Assembly: GCF_011386835.1 (NCBI RefSeq)
Contig: NC_088796.1
Span: forward strand, 89,466,001-89,530,000
Direction of reading: 5' to 3'
Source: Chrysemys picta bellii
Taxonomy: Eukaryota
DNA length: 64,000 nt
Positions within the stretch are counted from its first letter, which is position 1. Each line of letters opens with the position of its first letter. Shown piece by piece: positions 35,901 through 50,000 of the stretch. The position numbers and the translations under genes are program-made. A model generated the notes under the pieces. It saw only the letters and a list, made by a program, of their open reading frames with translations. It was not told the origin of the DNA and ran no database searches.

Positions 35901-37053
35901 CATTTAATCGCTTGAATTTACAGTACATCCCTTCATAGGTGCTGAAACTAGGAATGCTTGAAGTGGTTCCCATCATATACAGGGTTTACAGTTTGGTTCA
36001 ATGGCTCTCAGCACCCCCACTATACAAATTCTTCCAGCACCTCTACATCCCTTCCTCTGCTAACTTCCTGTTTCTCTTTTGTTTTCTATTTCCTCTCCTC
36101 ACAATCTTCTGACTCCTCCTATTGCTCCCATCTAGAACTACATCATAAGCATCAAATATATGTAATCATATGTAATATGAGCTGTTTCTGCTGACTTGTA
36201 TTAGATCATCATGGTTTACTGGCCCAAGTATGTTATAGTGTAGCCATTATTCCTTTAAGCAAACTTCCAGTGAGTCATTGCCTACCAAAATATTTCACAA
36301 ATATGGCCTGATTCAACAGGCAAGCTCTGTATAAATCCCCTGGGAACATGCATATTATGGGCTCTATACCTAGCTGAGCTGTCAGCAGTCACTTTGGCAC
36401 TGGCTGCAGTAACTGTTAATTCCAAGACCACTGGCTGTTATCTAGTGAAGAGCTGCTTATACGAACCTTCTCTTCCCACTCAATAGTATTTCCATCTGAT
36501 TCAAGGGAACTGAAACAAATTAGATGACGTTCCTAATGCTAAAATTTACTCCAGCAGAAGATTTAGCTTGTTTTGCAAACAAAGACAAGATTTATGCATG
36601 ATATAGAACATTAAATATAGGGGATGGGGATATAATTAATTTCTTGATGCCTGTCAGTTGTCTTGCATAAGAAGCAGATCTATATAATAGTAATATAGGG
36701 GGAAAATTGTCTAGGTTATCCATTCCTTTGGTTTTCACAATGCAATTATTCAGTAAGTTTTATGGGGCAGGGAAAATACGTTATGCTTTGTACAGTGCTG
36801 AGCAATATACAATAATCATTTGAAACGGGGGAAATTAAAGTAATACAACTTTTTTTTTTTAAGCAAAATTCACTTGGAAGTGCCAAGTAAAGGCATTGAC
36901 TTCCCCTTCTTCCTAATGAACAGGTTTGAATTAATTTTTCTGAACCATCTTTAGGCAGGCAACCTGAGTTACCCTCCTTCCTCTGTAGGCAGCACTGCCT
37001 TTAGCAGATGGTATGTGTTTAATGATTTCCTGTACATAAATAGCAACCATTTA

Positions 37054-37241
37054 CACCTCTACCCCGATATAACGTGACCCGATATAACATGAATTTGGAT
37101 ATAATGCGGTAAAGCAGTGCTCCGGGGGGGCGGGACTGTGCACTCTGGTGGATCAAAGCAAGTTTGATATAACGTGGTTTCACCTATAACGCGGTAAGAT
37201 TTTTTGGCTCCCGAGGACAGCGTTCTATTGGGGCAGAGGTG
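37054..37241. mobile_element. Tc1/mariner Tigger-like MITE (188 bp)
   Basis: TIRs CACCTCTACCCCGATATAACG / CGTTCTATTGGGGCAGAGGTG with TA TSD on both sides. Confidence 0.85.
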
Positions 37242-38410
37242 TACTTTCACTCAACATCTTGCACTCAGAATGACCTAACCAAGAAAGAACATAATTAAAT
37301 CTTTTAGGCAACACATATTCTGTGTATGAGTCTCCTCTGTAACAGTCTGCTCCGAACTGAACACAAAATGGCTGCCTGTCTCTGAAGACAGAAGAATTCT
37401 TTGAGATTTAAAAGTGCCCTGTGGGGAAACTTACCTTTAACAGGCTCTGGCAAGAACCATCTTGAACCCGTTATGTTACTCAGAGCCTCATGTTAAGCAA
37501 TGCTGATCAGTTAGAACCGAAAGAAGCAGACCTTGTCAGACTCCTTGGCTTGGAGTGATTACTGAACATCACAATACAATGCCCAAAAAACAAAGGCATA
37601 GCAATTACATAGTTAAATACACTATCGTGTATATAAAAGGATGAATGTTTTTGTGTGTTTGATTTTTTTTGTAGGGATTTGGGGGTGGGGTGGAGTGGCA
37701 GTGGTTAAACATAATTTTGGAGCTATTACAAGATATTGTATAAATATGGTAATATCTCCTAAATAAGTACACATGAAATACACATTTGCTTATCAGAATC
37801 TAACAGTTCCAGAGGAGGCCTTGCAATCTGTCAGGTGAATTACATAATCACCAGAATTAATGTATTTAACTGAGTAAATAAGATGCTTTTTAGAAATGTC
37901 TAAATACACATTTCCCTGAGAGAGCTCTTCCAATCTCTAGGGTAAATAAATCATGTCTTGTACTAAGCCTCCATGAAGATTGTTCTTTTGTTTAAAATGT
38001 ATGATTGCTAGAGTAAATAATGTGTTACAAGCATGTATAGCACACACCTAAATGTGTATTTACTTCCACAAATACTGTGTTTTCAAAATGCCTAATCTCA
38101 AACTGCATCAACCCCTCAGGATTTAATAACCTGTTATGATTTTTCCCCCATTAGAAAAAAAAATGCAAAAAGAAAACAGATAAAAATTTCAGTCAACAAA
38201 ATTGCCTTCACTGTTAAGAATGTTCAAGTTGTGACACAAGCTGCCAAAAGCCAGGAAATTAAATTGTGAAACCAGCACTCTATCCTTAACTCACCCTGTT
38301 GTGCTTTCCCCTATTATTATGCAGAAGAGCTGCTTTTAGTACTGTTGTGAATCTTTGAAACACGGAAATTCTCTGGTCCATTTTTGGGATGAAATTTTCT
38401 GGCTGTTAAA

Positions 38411-38550
38411 TAACCATAGATCTATTACAGTGGGTCATCTTAGTCCATCTCTATCAATGCATGATTAGTCCCTACTGCACATTTACTAGTGGTTTTTCTG
38501 GTCTAATTTTAAATGTCCCAAGCGACCTGGCTTCCTTCTTAACTCTAGAT
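38411..38550 (-). mobile_element. Old CR1 3' fragment
   Basis: CATAGA...GTCATCTTAGTCCA...GGTCTAATTTTAAATGTCCCAAGCGA...GGCTTCC, the reverse-strand CR1 3' UTR pattern. Confidence 0.5.
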
Positions 38551-39519
38551 TGCCATTTAGCTGAGTTTTCAGTCCTGAAACTGTGTAATAAAGTCATATT
38601 TTGTCAAGGTCTTAGTATTGATACAGTTAATTTCAATAAAAACAAGGCCAACCCACTTCCTACACACAAACAAACTAGTGATTCATTGCTAAACTCTCTC
38701 TCTCTCTCCCTCTCTGTGGTAGTAGTGCTGGCAGGGTAAGAGGAGGGGAGAATGGAAGAAAGTTAGGAAGCATTATTTGCAAAAATATTATGCTGAGTTA
38801 CATAAATGGTGTAACGTGACTATTGCTTAAAGCATTGATGCAAATAAATTTATTACACAAGGGTAAGTGAGCACTGCTACTGTATTCAGTCAAGTACCAC
38901 AATACAAATGGCCTTGCATTGTAAATATCCTATAGACTCTGTATTTTTGAAGCTGTTGCATTTTCCATTTGATTGGAGTAAATTGTGATATCTGCCAATG
39001 CCATTTGACATTTCATGTTTTATTTCCTTAACATTTGACTCTCTTGTAAAATGGTTCCAGGAAGGAACTGGTCATTGAGCCTTCCACAGTATATTGTTTC
39101 TTGGAGGCTCTGAGTGGGGTTTTGCTGCTGTTTGGGCCACTGAATTGGGGACCTGAATGGTTTCTCTGAGAACAGGGTGGAGCTGAGCAAAGTTGCAACT
39201 TCTGTATGTTTCCTGGTCCTGAAATCTAGCAGCTGCATCACAGATAATTGCTTATTTGAGATTTATGGGGGATTTTCCCTTCACGGTTTTGACTTTGAAA
39301 AGGAATTCAAACCCCAGAATCAGCATCAATATTTTAATACCAAATGCACATATTTATGTACTTTTACATAATGCAAAGAGGAGAGGAAAATTGATTAGTT
39401 GAATTAGCTTTTTACCCCTAAATTGGACAGTATTTTATTCCCATTTGTCTTGCACTTAACATCTTTCATCAGAGCATCCTAAAGTAATTCACAAACCTTG
39501 CCTCATGACTTATCCATAT

Positions 39520-39660
39520 GAGATAAGAAGCAGTATTATTCCCTTTTGAAGATGAGGAAACTGAGACACAAAGAGGTTACCTGATTGGTCCAAGATCACA
39601 CAAAGTCATGCCAGAGTCAGCTACTTAACCCCATATCCCCGACTTCTAACCATATATTCT
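39520..39660 (-). mobile_element. MIR-like SINE fragment
   Basis: GATGAGGAAACTGAGACACAAAGAGGTTA...CCAAGATCACAC core. Confidence 0.6.
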
Positions 39661-40754
39661 ATTATTAGATCATGATCTACCTTAGATGCCCAAGTTTGAA
39701 AAATGTACTCTCCGTATCAATTCTCTTCTCCCTGCCTTTCAGTGAGGTTCCTTAGTTTTGTTCTTTCTATACTGCTTCACAACACTATCATCAAAATGCA
39801 GACTTAACCAGGTACTGAAAATACAGTGATTTTAACAGCTCCATTGTGCTATACACTTGTTTGTTAAATGCTGATGCTCAAAAAGAAAGAGAATGAGAGG
39901 AAAGGCATACTGGAGGTAGGACCTTAATTTAGAAAGACAAAGGGGAAATCAGATTAAAATTATAGATGAAATTGCCAAAAAAGTTTCAAAGTTAATACAC
40001 TTTTCCAGGGAGCGATTGGTAGTTGTATTAAAGTGAGAAAAAGAAGGGCAAGCATCTATGATGGCCTGTTTTTTAGTTCACAATTTGTTGCTTAGATGGG
40101 TTTATCACTTGGTGGCAGTGCTCTCCAGCTCTGCCAGCAGCTATTTCACCTCTGTGCTGCCTTTACCTGCTGATCTATCTGCAGATATAGCTTTTCTAGC
40201 CTGCAGGAAAAGAAGGGGACAGGGGAAGGGAATGATGACTCTAGAGAATCTGAGCCTCATTGTCTGTGTAGCATTGTTTTCTTACTTCAGTTTAAACACC
40301 ATTCCGCTGATAGAGCTCCGCTGTTTTACAGTATTGATTCCTATCATAGCCCTGTGAGCCCCTAAAAGTAAAAGAGAAAAAAGGGGTGGTAGTGGAAATG
40401 CATAGCATTGTTCACTATTCAAGACATTGAGTGCCCCTCCTAGTCAAAGGATAATTCTTAGAAATAGAAGGGGAGAGAGAAAAATATTTTAAAAAGATGC
40501 ATTCCACCATGCACCTCTTGTGCCCTTCACAGACCATGCTTATTAATGTGTTTTCTAGTATACTAATATCATGGCAAACAGGCTTGAAAAGGCTAGTGGC
40601 ACTTTTGGGATCCAGCAGACTGGGGGGAAAATGTCAAGGTGCAGGAACTCGCTGACCACCTCAGTCCTGGTTGTGAGAGCCAAAACAAGCAGAGGCCAGC
40701 ATCCAGGTAAGCCCCTCTTGGGAGGAATTTATTAACAGTCCCTCAGATCCCTTC

Positions 40755-41158
40755 TCATAGACTTTAAGGTCAGAAGGGACCATGATGATCATCTAGTCGG
40801 ACCTCCTGCACATTGCAGGCCACAGAACTTCACCCACTCCTGAAATAGACCCCTAACCTCTGGCTGAGTTACTGAAGTCCTCAAATCAGAAGACTTCAAG
40901 TTACAGAGAATTCACCATTTACACTAGTTTAAACCTGCAGGTGACCCATGCCTCATGCTGCAGAGGAAGGTGAAAAAACCCCAGGGTCTCTGCCAATCTG
41001 ACCTGGGGAAAATTCCTTCCAGACCCCACATATAGGAATCAGTTAGACCCTGAGCATGTGGGCAAGATCTGCCAGGCAGTGGGAAAGAATTCTCTGTAGT
41101 AACTCAGAGTCCTCCCCATATAGTGCCCCGTCTCCAGCACTTGAGATTTTTGCTGCTG
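40755..41158 (-). mobile_element. CR1 LINE 3' end
   Basis: TCATAGACTTTAAGGTCAGAAGGGACCATGATGATCATCTAGTC...AAATTCCTTCCAGACCCC...GACCCTGAGCATGTGGGC, turtle CR1 3' UTR in reverse. Confidence 0.8.
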
Positions 41159-41706
41159 CTTCTGACAAGGTCCATTCAAAGGCTGGGGCAACAGATTGGC
41201 ACTGAGGACTGTGCTGATCAATGCAGGTAGCTGTTGATTAAAACCGCCAGGCTCCATGAATGGGCCTCAAATTAGACCCTGGTACTTGCTGGAATCATCA
41301 AAATCTGGCTGAATGAACGCCCTGATCCAGTGTTGGCTCATCTCATTTCAAGGAATTATTCATTATAGCATAAGCCCAGAGTGGGAAAGGGAAGTGAAGT
41401 GGCTATGCTATATGAATCCAGATTCCACTGCAGAAGAGGCCTCACTTGAAGACAAACTTATTGTGTCTAGGGACAAGACCAATGTATGAATCTTGCGGTT
41501 AGACAGACCACTCCCCAGCTCTTGTTGACTTACTTCCTCCTGGTAACACACTATACCATCTGTTAGCCCCTATAACCTGGGCTCACTAGTGAGTTAGTAA
41601 TATATTAGAATATGTAACAGATCAGTGATACTTCTGTAGATATTCGTTACAGGATGCTCTTGTGTGTTGCTATTTGATAAGGGGTTGCAGGAAAGCTGAG
41701 GGAATG

Positions 41707-41975
41707 CAGTGTTGTCAGCTCTGATGATTTTGTGAGTTTGGCAATACTTGATGCTTTTCTTAAAGCCCCAGTTCCTGGATTCATGTGGTTATGTAAGAAT
41801 CTCCATTTTCCTTATTGTTTTGAAATAAGTTTCTAGTCCTCATTGTTGTAAATAAAAACTTGAAAACATGAATCCTAAAGGTTATGGTACCAGAAGACAT
41901 ATAAACACCCCCCCCCATCTCATGATTTTGGGCATCTTGACTCATAATTTTTGAATCCTTGGATATTGGGGATGT
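41707..41975. mobile_element. Degenerate hAT-like MITE
   Basis: CAGTGTTG start, TTTTCTTAAAGCCCCAG internal block, degenerate opposite end; no TSD found. Confidence 0.4.
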
Positions 41976-42137
41976 TTCCTGAGGCCAAGGGGTGGAAGGA
42001 ACTTTTTAATTGCTTTGACTTACAAGCTTGGATGAGTTCATGTGTCAGTTTAGTTGTTAAATTCAGCCCAACTGGAGCATTAATCTGTTATTCGTATATG
42101 TTTTTTTAATGCTGGTGGTCTTTATATGTTAGCAGTA

Positions 42138-43410
42138 GAGTAATGCTTCTGATCTACTCTGTGCTGATTAAGTCTCAACTGGAGTATTATGTCCAGTTCT
42201 GGGTGCCACATTTCCACATGTGGACAAATTGGAAAAAGTCCAGAGAAGAGCAACAAAAATGATTAAAGGTCTAGAAAACATGACCTCTGATGGAAGATTT
42301 AAAAACTTGGGTTTGCTTAGTCTGGAGGAGAGAAGACTGAGAGGGGACATAACAGTTTTCAAGCACATAAAAGGTTGTTGCAAGGAGGAGAGAGAAAAAT
42401 TGTTCTCCTTAACCTCTGAGGATAGAACAAAAAGCAATGGGCTTAAATTGCAGCAAGGGCGGTTTAGGTTGGACATTAGAAAAACCTTTCTGTCAGGGTA
42501 GTTAAGCACTGGAATAAATTGCCTAGGAAGGTTGTGGAATCTCCATCATTGGGGATTTTTAAGAGCAGGTTGAACAAACACCTGTCAGGGATGGTCTAGA
42601 TCAGTGGTTCCCAAACTGGGGTTCACAAAGTGTTACAGGGGGTTCTTGGGAAAAAATTCCCTAATAGCGGACAGAGCTGTCCATAGGGACCCCGGGCAGC
42701 ACGGGGAAACGGAGCCTCTGGACTTCCAAGAGCTAAGCAGATCAAAGCAAGCATATCTATCACACTGAGGAGATTTAAACTTCAAAACTCCTTATAAGAA
42801 ATGGAAAGGGAGGTGGATATTTTTTGCTGTTTTTAAAATAAATAGGCAGCTAGTATTGTTTTTAAAATTATTATGAAGAATAAGTTTAAGCTTTGTTGTA
42901 ACATACGTTGTTTGCCTGGACTGCTCAAGACCTGAATGCTTGTGTAGGAGGAACTCTGAGCTGGCTTCTTAAATACCTTTATGCTGTTTCACATCTGATA
43001 CTCCTTGATGAAACATAGGAGCCTTGTCTTATAACAGGCTTATTCAAAGTGATACAAGCTACGAAAGTGAGATCTTGGAAGAGTATTGCTGCTTTCATAA
43101 TGTAATAAAAATACTGTAATGATAAATAATAATTAATAATAAATAGTGTGTAATAAAATGTGTTTTATGACATGCTTATATTTCCAAGATCACTACTTTT
43201 TATAATTTATACTCAGGTAAAGGAGAAAATCCCTGGAAATATTCGTTTTTAGGAGGGGGTTCATGAGACTTGACATTTTAGTGAAAGGGGTTCACAGGTT
43301 GTTAAAGTTTGGGAACCACTGGTCTAGATAATACTCTGTCCTGCCATGAGTGCAGGGGACTGGACTAGATGACCTCTTGAGGTCCCTTCCAGTGCTATGA
43401 TTCTATGATT
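42138..43410 (+). mobile_element. CR1 LINE 3' part (ORF2 C-terminus plus 3' UTR), interrupted by a hAT MITE
   Basis: DKLEKVQRRATKMIKGLENM...SLEERRLRGD...SNGLKLQQGRFRLDIRK; 3' UTR resumes at 43322 and ends GGTCCCTTCCAGTGCTATGATTCTATGATT. Confidence 0.92.
42602..43321. mobile_element. hAT-Charlie-like MITE (720 bp) nested in CR1
   Basis: TIRs CAGTGGTTCCCAAACT / AGTTTGGGAACCACTG; exact 8-bp TSD GTCTAGAT (42594-42601, 43322-43329). Confidence 0.93.
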
Positions 43411-43824
43411 ATGTTGTAGCGAGATGAATTGTCAGAGCACACAGAGGTTTTTGTATTGGTGTTAGGTTATTTTTTTTTTACTATTGTTTAAATTTAAATA
43501 ATGAAATAAATAAATTGTTCCTCACATTTATTGTTAATAAAGTTCATTGCTGCACACTGAACAAGAAAGCCTAAGAAGCCAGCACTTACATAGGATGATG
43601 TGTGAGGACAAAGGAAGAGAACATCAAGGGCACAAACCCCTATTCAAATCTAATTGGCTGTAGCAAAAGGAGTTGATGTAATACAAGGTTATGGGTGTGA
43701 GAGGTTTTTGTCCCTAATAGCAGCTGCAAAATCTTGACCAACAGAACTGTTTAAATATTAGGCTAACTAACCCTTTACTGCCTTCAGTCAGTCTCAGAAG
43801 CAAATACCTCCTGCTGTATACTAC

Positions 43825-44068
43825 CAGGGGCAGCTCCAGGCACCAGCGCACCAAGCGCATGCCTGGGGCAGCAAGCCGCGGGGAGCGGCGTGCCAGTCGC
43901 CGTGAGGGCAGCAGTCAGGCTGCCTTTGGCGCCATGCCTACAGGAGGTCCGCTGATCCCGCTGTTTCGGCGGCAATTCGGCGGCAGGTACGCTGAAGGCA
44001 CGGGATCGGCGGACCTCCCACAGGCATGCCGCCGAATCCGCATTACCAGCGGACCTCCCGCAGGCATG
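43825..44068 (+). mobile_element. GC-rich hAT (Tip100-like) MITE, one end only
   Basis: CAGGGGCAGCTCCAGG terminus; internal repeat GCGGACCTCCC(A/G)CAGGCATG x2; ends abruptly with no second TIR. Confidence 0.6.
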
Positions 44069-45369
44069 GTTCAGTCACGCAGCAAGTTAGTCCTGAAAGC
44101 CTTAAAATAAGTCAATGCTGGCACATTGACATGGAACTTTGCTGTTATTGGTTAGAGAGAGCCATAAATTACTTTTTCTATCTTCAGCTGACTAGAAGGC
44201 AACCTGTAGACCTTTTTGTGGTTACCTATTCTCCCACCTCCTCCTAATGGATGCAGTCTACCTGGGATTGACCGAAAAGGCTACTGGTACAACCTGCTGG
44301 GTCCCACTTACTAGGCCAAAAGGACTGGGGAGAACACCTCAGACAATTCTGGATTCATTTCCATGTCCATGTATGAGGGATTGCTCTGTCTCCGTCAGAG
44401 TCTGCCTCTCTGTCAATGATCCACAATAACAGTTGAGGCTGACCTGGATGCTGTGGCTGACTGGGACTGGTCATTGCAGCAGGCTTTTGGCTGTGGAATT
44501 ATCCAGAGGAGATGAGCATGAGTCTTGCTACCTTTAGGATTCAATGCGTCCCTCAATAATGATGGGTGGAGAATAACTGGTAATCTCTATTGGAAAAAAA
44601 ACAAGCAAGAACAACACCACTTAAGGAAGCAGCATAAATAATGGATGAAAGCAGAAGTATGGCCCTCTCTGACAGAAATTATGCTGCTTTTTAATTTGTG
44701 CTTATGGCACCTAAGTAATGGGCACATGAAAAATGCATGGATAGATAGAACCAGGAATAAAAATCCCCGCAGAACCAAATTACACCTACTATCTAGATTC
44801 TAGTGAACTCCTTCTTAATAAGAAAAAATAAACAAACATTTATGAAAGAAGAGAAGAAACTTTTTTTTTCCTTTCTAAAATGTATAGCATTTCTACAAAA
44901 CCAGAATATTATTTAGGAAGAGAATTTCAATAGTAAAATCTTCCTGGCCAAGACATTATTTGTAGAGTGCTCAGCACAATAGGGTCGAATCCTGATTGGG
45001 GGTTTTGGGGTGTTACCTCAATATAACTAATTAATAATATGAATCATATTCAAATTTAAAATTCTGATTGCTCATTTCAGAATCCAATCAGGGAACAGTG
45101 CCCCTTTAACCTAGCTTCCCCAAGACTTTGTACAATTAATCTTATTAAAATAAATAATGAAAGTATCACCTTTCAATCTCCCCCTGTAATTTAGTTAGGA
45201 TTAAGCTTGACTTTACTGCATTACCTACTCACAGGAATATCTTAAATACATAGAAATGCTTCAGTCTATCTTGTGCCAGATGGGTATGATGCTGAAAAGC
45301 AAGAATCTCCAAGAATATTTATAATTTGAATCATTCTTCACCATTTTTTCAGCTGTAACCTGGAGCATA

Positions 45370-45743
45370 TAGTAGAATTTCAGAGTTATGAACACCTCGG
45401 GAATGGAGGTTGTTCATAGTCCTGAAATGTTTGTAATGCTAAACAAAAAGTTATGGTTCTTTCAAAAGTTTACAACTGAACATTGACTTAATATAGCTCT
45501 GCTTCAACCATCTTAATTTAAATGAGGCAAGCACAGAAACAGTTTCCTTACCTTGTCAAATCTTTTTAAAACTGTTCCTGTTTTTTAGTAGTTTATGTTT
45601 AACATTGCTGTACTGTATAGTAGTTCCTTTTTTTTTCTTTTTTTGGTCTCTGCAGCCTGATTGCATACTTCCAGTTCCAAATCAGGTGTGAAGTTGACTG
45701 GTCAGTTTGTAACTCTGGTGTTCATAACTCTGAGGTTCTACTG
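45370..45743. mobile_element. Tigger-like MITE
   Basis: TIRs (C/T)AGTAGAA(TT/CC)TCAGAGTTATGAACACC at both ends with TA TSDs. Confidence 0.85.
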
Positions 45744-46591
45744 TATTTTTAAACCAGGTGAAATAAGGGCTAATGTGATTTTTGACTAAGGTAGTTGAAA
45801 TTAGTTTCTCCCTGGATTTGGTAGGGAATAAAGAGGAGCTTGTTCTTCTAAAGTAAGGAATGTATCAGGGTAAATAGATTTGACACAGCCATTTGCTAAA
45901 GCTATCCGCAGAACACAAAAGAATGTCCTATTAGAATCTCTGGGCCAGATCCTCAGTTGATGCAAGTCAGCATAGTTCAAATGAAGTTTGCTTCCTTCTA
46001 ACTCAGTCTTTCTTTTTCTTGAACCTTTCTGAGACTCTTTGAGCTTCCTCCGTCTTCCTTTTTTGCACATGGGTTGACAGACAAATATAGGAATGCCTTA
46101 GCCCGCATATAGGTAAAAGATAAAGGATCAGGCATTCAGTTGGTATAAATCAGTGTAGTTCCCTGACTTCAAGCATATTATAAAGGCACTAACTGGGCTG
46201 CACAATAAACAAGGGATTTGTGAGGGGTCCAGCTACACTGCAGTAGGGCACTTCTCTGCTGTTCCTATTTCCTAGCTCTCCCTGCCCCCAAAACCTCATC
46301 ATCTGACTCCCTTCTGAGTCATTCACCAGGTGCTGACAATGTTGCAATATATCCCACACATGGATTATTGCTGTAGTACCTCAGGCCATAACAAACCTGC
46401 AGCAACTACTGGTGGTGCTGCCACAAGAAACCAGAGATCCATTTCATTGGTTCTGAAGGCTGGGAAAGGGCCTTGAGGAGTCAGGGACTCAAACCTGAGG
46501 CCTCAAACCTGGCAAGTCAGGTACTCTGACCAAAGGCCTGAACATTATAGACAGGACTGTTTGCTGTCTATGTGACACACTTGCATACTAC

Positions 46592-46595
<4 letters not shown>

Positions 46596-46622
<27 letters not shown>
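46596..46622. repeat. (CT)n microsatellite
   Basis: Perfect dinucleotide run. Confidence 0.95.
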
Positions 46623-48189
46623 ATTTTTGAGGCCATAGTTAGCAGAAAGATATTTGAAAAATATCAAATTCACAGTAAAACTTTATGAGCTGATTAAGTT
46701 CTTTGAAAAGGTCCCTGAACAGCCAGCATAGATCAAACCTTACTAAGAGTCATATACATCATGCAAACATATAGATGTCAATATCTTTTGGTCTGAAAAA
46801 TTTGACAAGTAGGTTGCATTTGAATGTCCTTGAATACAGCACACTCCTACTGTGTGCTGCAGGAAGCTTGAACTTAAAGATGGAGAACTGTGGTTACAGC
46901 AAATCTCAGTTTGACTGCAAAACATACAAAACTAAAGAACATAAAGGCAAATACAGTATTGCTGCAAAACAGGCAACGTTTCCAAAAGAAAGCGGCTTTA
47001 GTTTGGCCTCAGGTTTTTGCTTTCATATAAAATGTGAAATACTTGGCCTGTAATGTTAACATCAAGATGTAGTGTAGTTCCTCCCTGTCTGGAGAACAGC
47101 TTAACCAATACTGCTGTACAATAGAGGGAGTAGGAAGCCTGGAGCAACATTGCCAGCTCCAAAAGCTGTTGAGCTGGCATGAGGGAGGGTTGACAATCTA
47201 CTTCTCAGAGGAAATTTACAGTATTTGAAGGAGGGTGCAGTGGATTCATTTGCCTCCATCTAAAAATGTAAGTGGAGGGGCCAATCAGCTGTCTCTAAAG
47301 ATGTTGGGCTGGCAAGTCCCCCGAGCCTCCCCAGAAGACATCTAAACAATAATACTGGGCCAATCCTGAACTGGTACAAATCAGAGTAGTTCCACTGAAG
47401 TCAGTGGAGCTATGCTGGTTTTCACTAGCTGAGAATCTGGCCCAGTTTGTGGTGTGGGGTCAAGCCTGTTGGAGAGGAGAAAGTCTGGTGGTAGAGAGGG
47501 TGAGTCTTAGCCTGAACTGGTCCAAATTCTTGAGCTTTGTTTTCACACCACCCTACTTGGAATGTCCTTGTGCCTGGGGAACAGAACTCTTACAAAAATA
47601 GGCTTCTGAAGGATGAGATTCAGAGTCTGAGAAGTGCTGGCAGATCATGTACACATATACACGTACACATGTACATGTATCAATGCTCAAATTTGACACA
47701 CAGATCAAAACACATACTTAAGCAAATGTTCAAAGGTCCACAACCTCAGTGTCATAAGAAAAAGACAACACACAACTTACGAGTGCCTTTACTGGACAGA
47801 GTTGCTTTAATTACTTTTATAGAGTTGTTCGGCTGAACACTATTTAAATACAGCAAAGGGAAGAGAAGAAAACCCGAGAAATAGGTCTGTAAAAAGAAAT
47901 CCCTGCCCACAATCTTTACTGGTCAACCCACTTTCTCCAATCAGATTCTATTTCATAGTGGTTTAGTTTTTCTCTTTTATTTACAATATTTTGACTAGAG
48001 GTTTTTGAGGGCTTGGAATCCTAAAACAAATAGATTTTTCTTTGGTTAGTAGGACTTTGGACAGATGACCTTACTTTTTTTGACCACAAAAATTAGCCCC
48101 AACTGACAGAATGAATCTTTCATTGCCAGTGCCTGGGGTCTCATCAGAATTTCCTGGAACCTAAGCAGGGCAAAGAGCAGAATCCTTTA

Positions 48190-48355
48190 TAGAAACACAG
48201 GACTGGAAGAAACCTCCTGGGTCTTTGAGTCAAGTCCCCTGCTACTGCAGAAAACCACACTATATAATCCTATTCATAAATTTATCAAGGTCCATCTTAA
48301 AAACTAGTTAGATTGTTAGCTACTCCTATTGGAAAGCTGTTCCAGAATCTCTACT
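48190..48355 (-). mobile_element. Old CR1 3' fragment
   Basis: ATAGAAACACAGGACTGGAAG...GAGTCAAGTCCCCTGC...CCATCTTAAAA...GGAAAGCTGTTCCAGAA. Confidence 0.55.
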
Positions 48356-48438
48356 TTATGGACACTGCTATGCAAATTTAATGTACCTGTCCAGTGGAGC
48401 TGTTTGGAAAATGGAATTTCCATCCTTTAGGAAATTCC

Positions 48439-48490
48439 AATACACCTTGCTATAACGCAACCTGATATAACACGAATTCGGATATAATGT
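48439..48490 (+). mobile_element. 5' fragment of the same Tigger-like MITE as 37054
   Basis: TACACC...GATATAACACGAATTCGGATATAATG closely matches 37052-37106. Confidence 0.55.
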
Positions 48491-49759
48491 ATTTGTCCCA
48501 AAATGTGATGAAAAGTCAAAATAGCTTTGTGTGTATATCATAAAAAGTTCCAGAACATTTTGATTCAGAAATGTCAAAATGGGAAATTTTGTTCTTTCCA
48601 ATCAAAACAAACAATTTTGTTTCTGAATGTCAACATTTGCGACATTGCAAGGTATCAAAATGTTGATGTCAACTGGAAACAAAGTTTCAATAATAAATGT
48701 TGATTCAAAACAAAACATTTTGTTTAAAATGTTTCTGTACAAAAGAAAAAGAAACAAAATTTAATTGAAAAATCAACATTTCCCCCCAAAATTCAATTTT
48801 GATTAGACAGAAATTTTCCATTTGAAATGTTTTAGTCAGCTGTACTCTTTAGCACTTAGATAATATAATGGTGAGCACTGTAGAAAACCTAAGAAGTATA
48901 GATCAGGGAATATCAAGAATTTCTGCTCACTGAGTTTTAAATCTTTATTACTATCCAAGATAAAGATTCTTTCTGTGTTATATAGATCCAGCAGGTGAGA
49001 TATCTCTGCTCCTCCTCCATTTGTGTGCTAGAAATGGCAAATGTGTTAGGAAGAAATATGGAAGCTGACCCGGAGCTTAGTGAAGGGGCATGTCACATAG
49101 CAATCAGACTGGTGCCAATTGCAGTGTTGGCAATGAACTGGATTTAGAGCACTGAACCCATTTCACATACAGGCCACTGAGACATTGTGAGGGACTGGAG
49201 TTGTATCCGTGTGATTGAAGAGGGTATGAACTGTATAAACTGCCAATTCATTCAGGCCATCTTTCTGGAAACCTCTTTGGCAATAAAAAGTTTAAGGATA
49301 TAAAATATTTATCATATTGACAAAGGATAAAGGAAGGATTAACTTATGGCTTTTATAGCAGAATATGACATTCCAATATACCACTGAAAAGAGCAGTTAG
49401 GATGTTTGACAATGAAGGTGAACATTTCACAGGTACCTTGGGGAAAGTCTTCCTTATGATTAGATTTATTTATGTATTTTTCAAGTTACAATGTGCCCAT
49501 TTTAAAGCTTGCAATGTAAAGACTAAAAGCAACTCTTTGAGAAATCAAATTTATTTAACCCGCAGCAAAAATGAGCCCCACCTCACTCATCCTCCTGCTC
49601 TCCTGGTAAAAGTTGGCCGAGAGGAGAGGTCAGCCATTCATCTGGCAGACCAATGAGAGAAGCAAATTGCACAGGTAAGGCACCTTCACTGAGAATAGTC
49701 TGATCATAGCCCCCAGACATTCAAATCTAGCAGGTATTCGCATAAGTGCTTCAGCTGTC

Positions 49760-50000
49760 CTCTGCTATAATGGCAGAACTTGGGGTGGGAGGTGGTCCTT
49801 CAGATAGCCTGGACCCAAACAATATGGAGCATTTTGGTTCAATGTTAACACCTTGATTTGCACTCAGACAGGAAGTCAATGTGATCTTGGGAGCAGCATT
49901 GTTCTATGATTCCTGAGACTACAGCCATCAAGCAGGCGGCTGGCTGCATTCTACACCAGCTGTGACTTTTGAGTGGCCTTCCAGCATAGTCCATGAACCC
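49760..50000 (-). mobile_element. L2-type LINE ORF2 remnant
   Basis: GGTGGTCCTTCAGATAGCCTGGACCCAA...ACACCTTGA...GGCTGCATTCTACACCAGCTG, reverse-strand L2 ORF2 C-terminal pattern (LQLVQNAAA..., ..FK, GP.YL.D). Confidence 0.5.
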
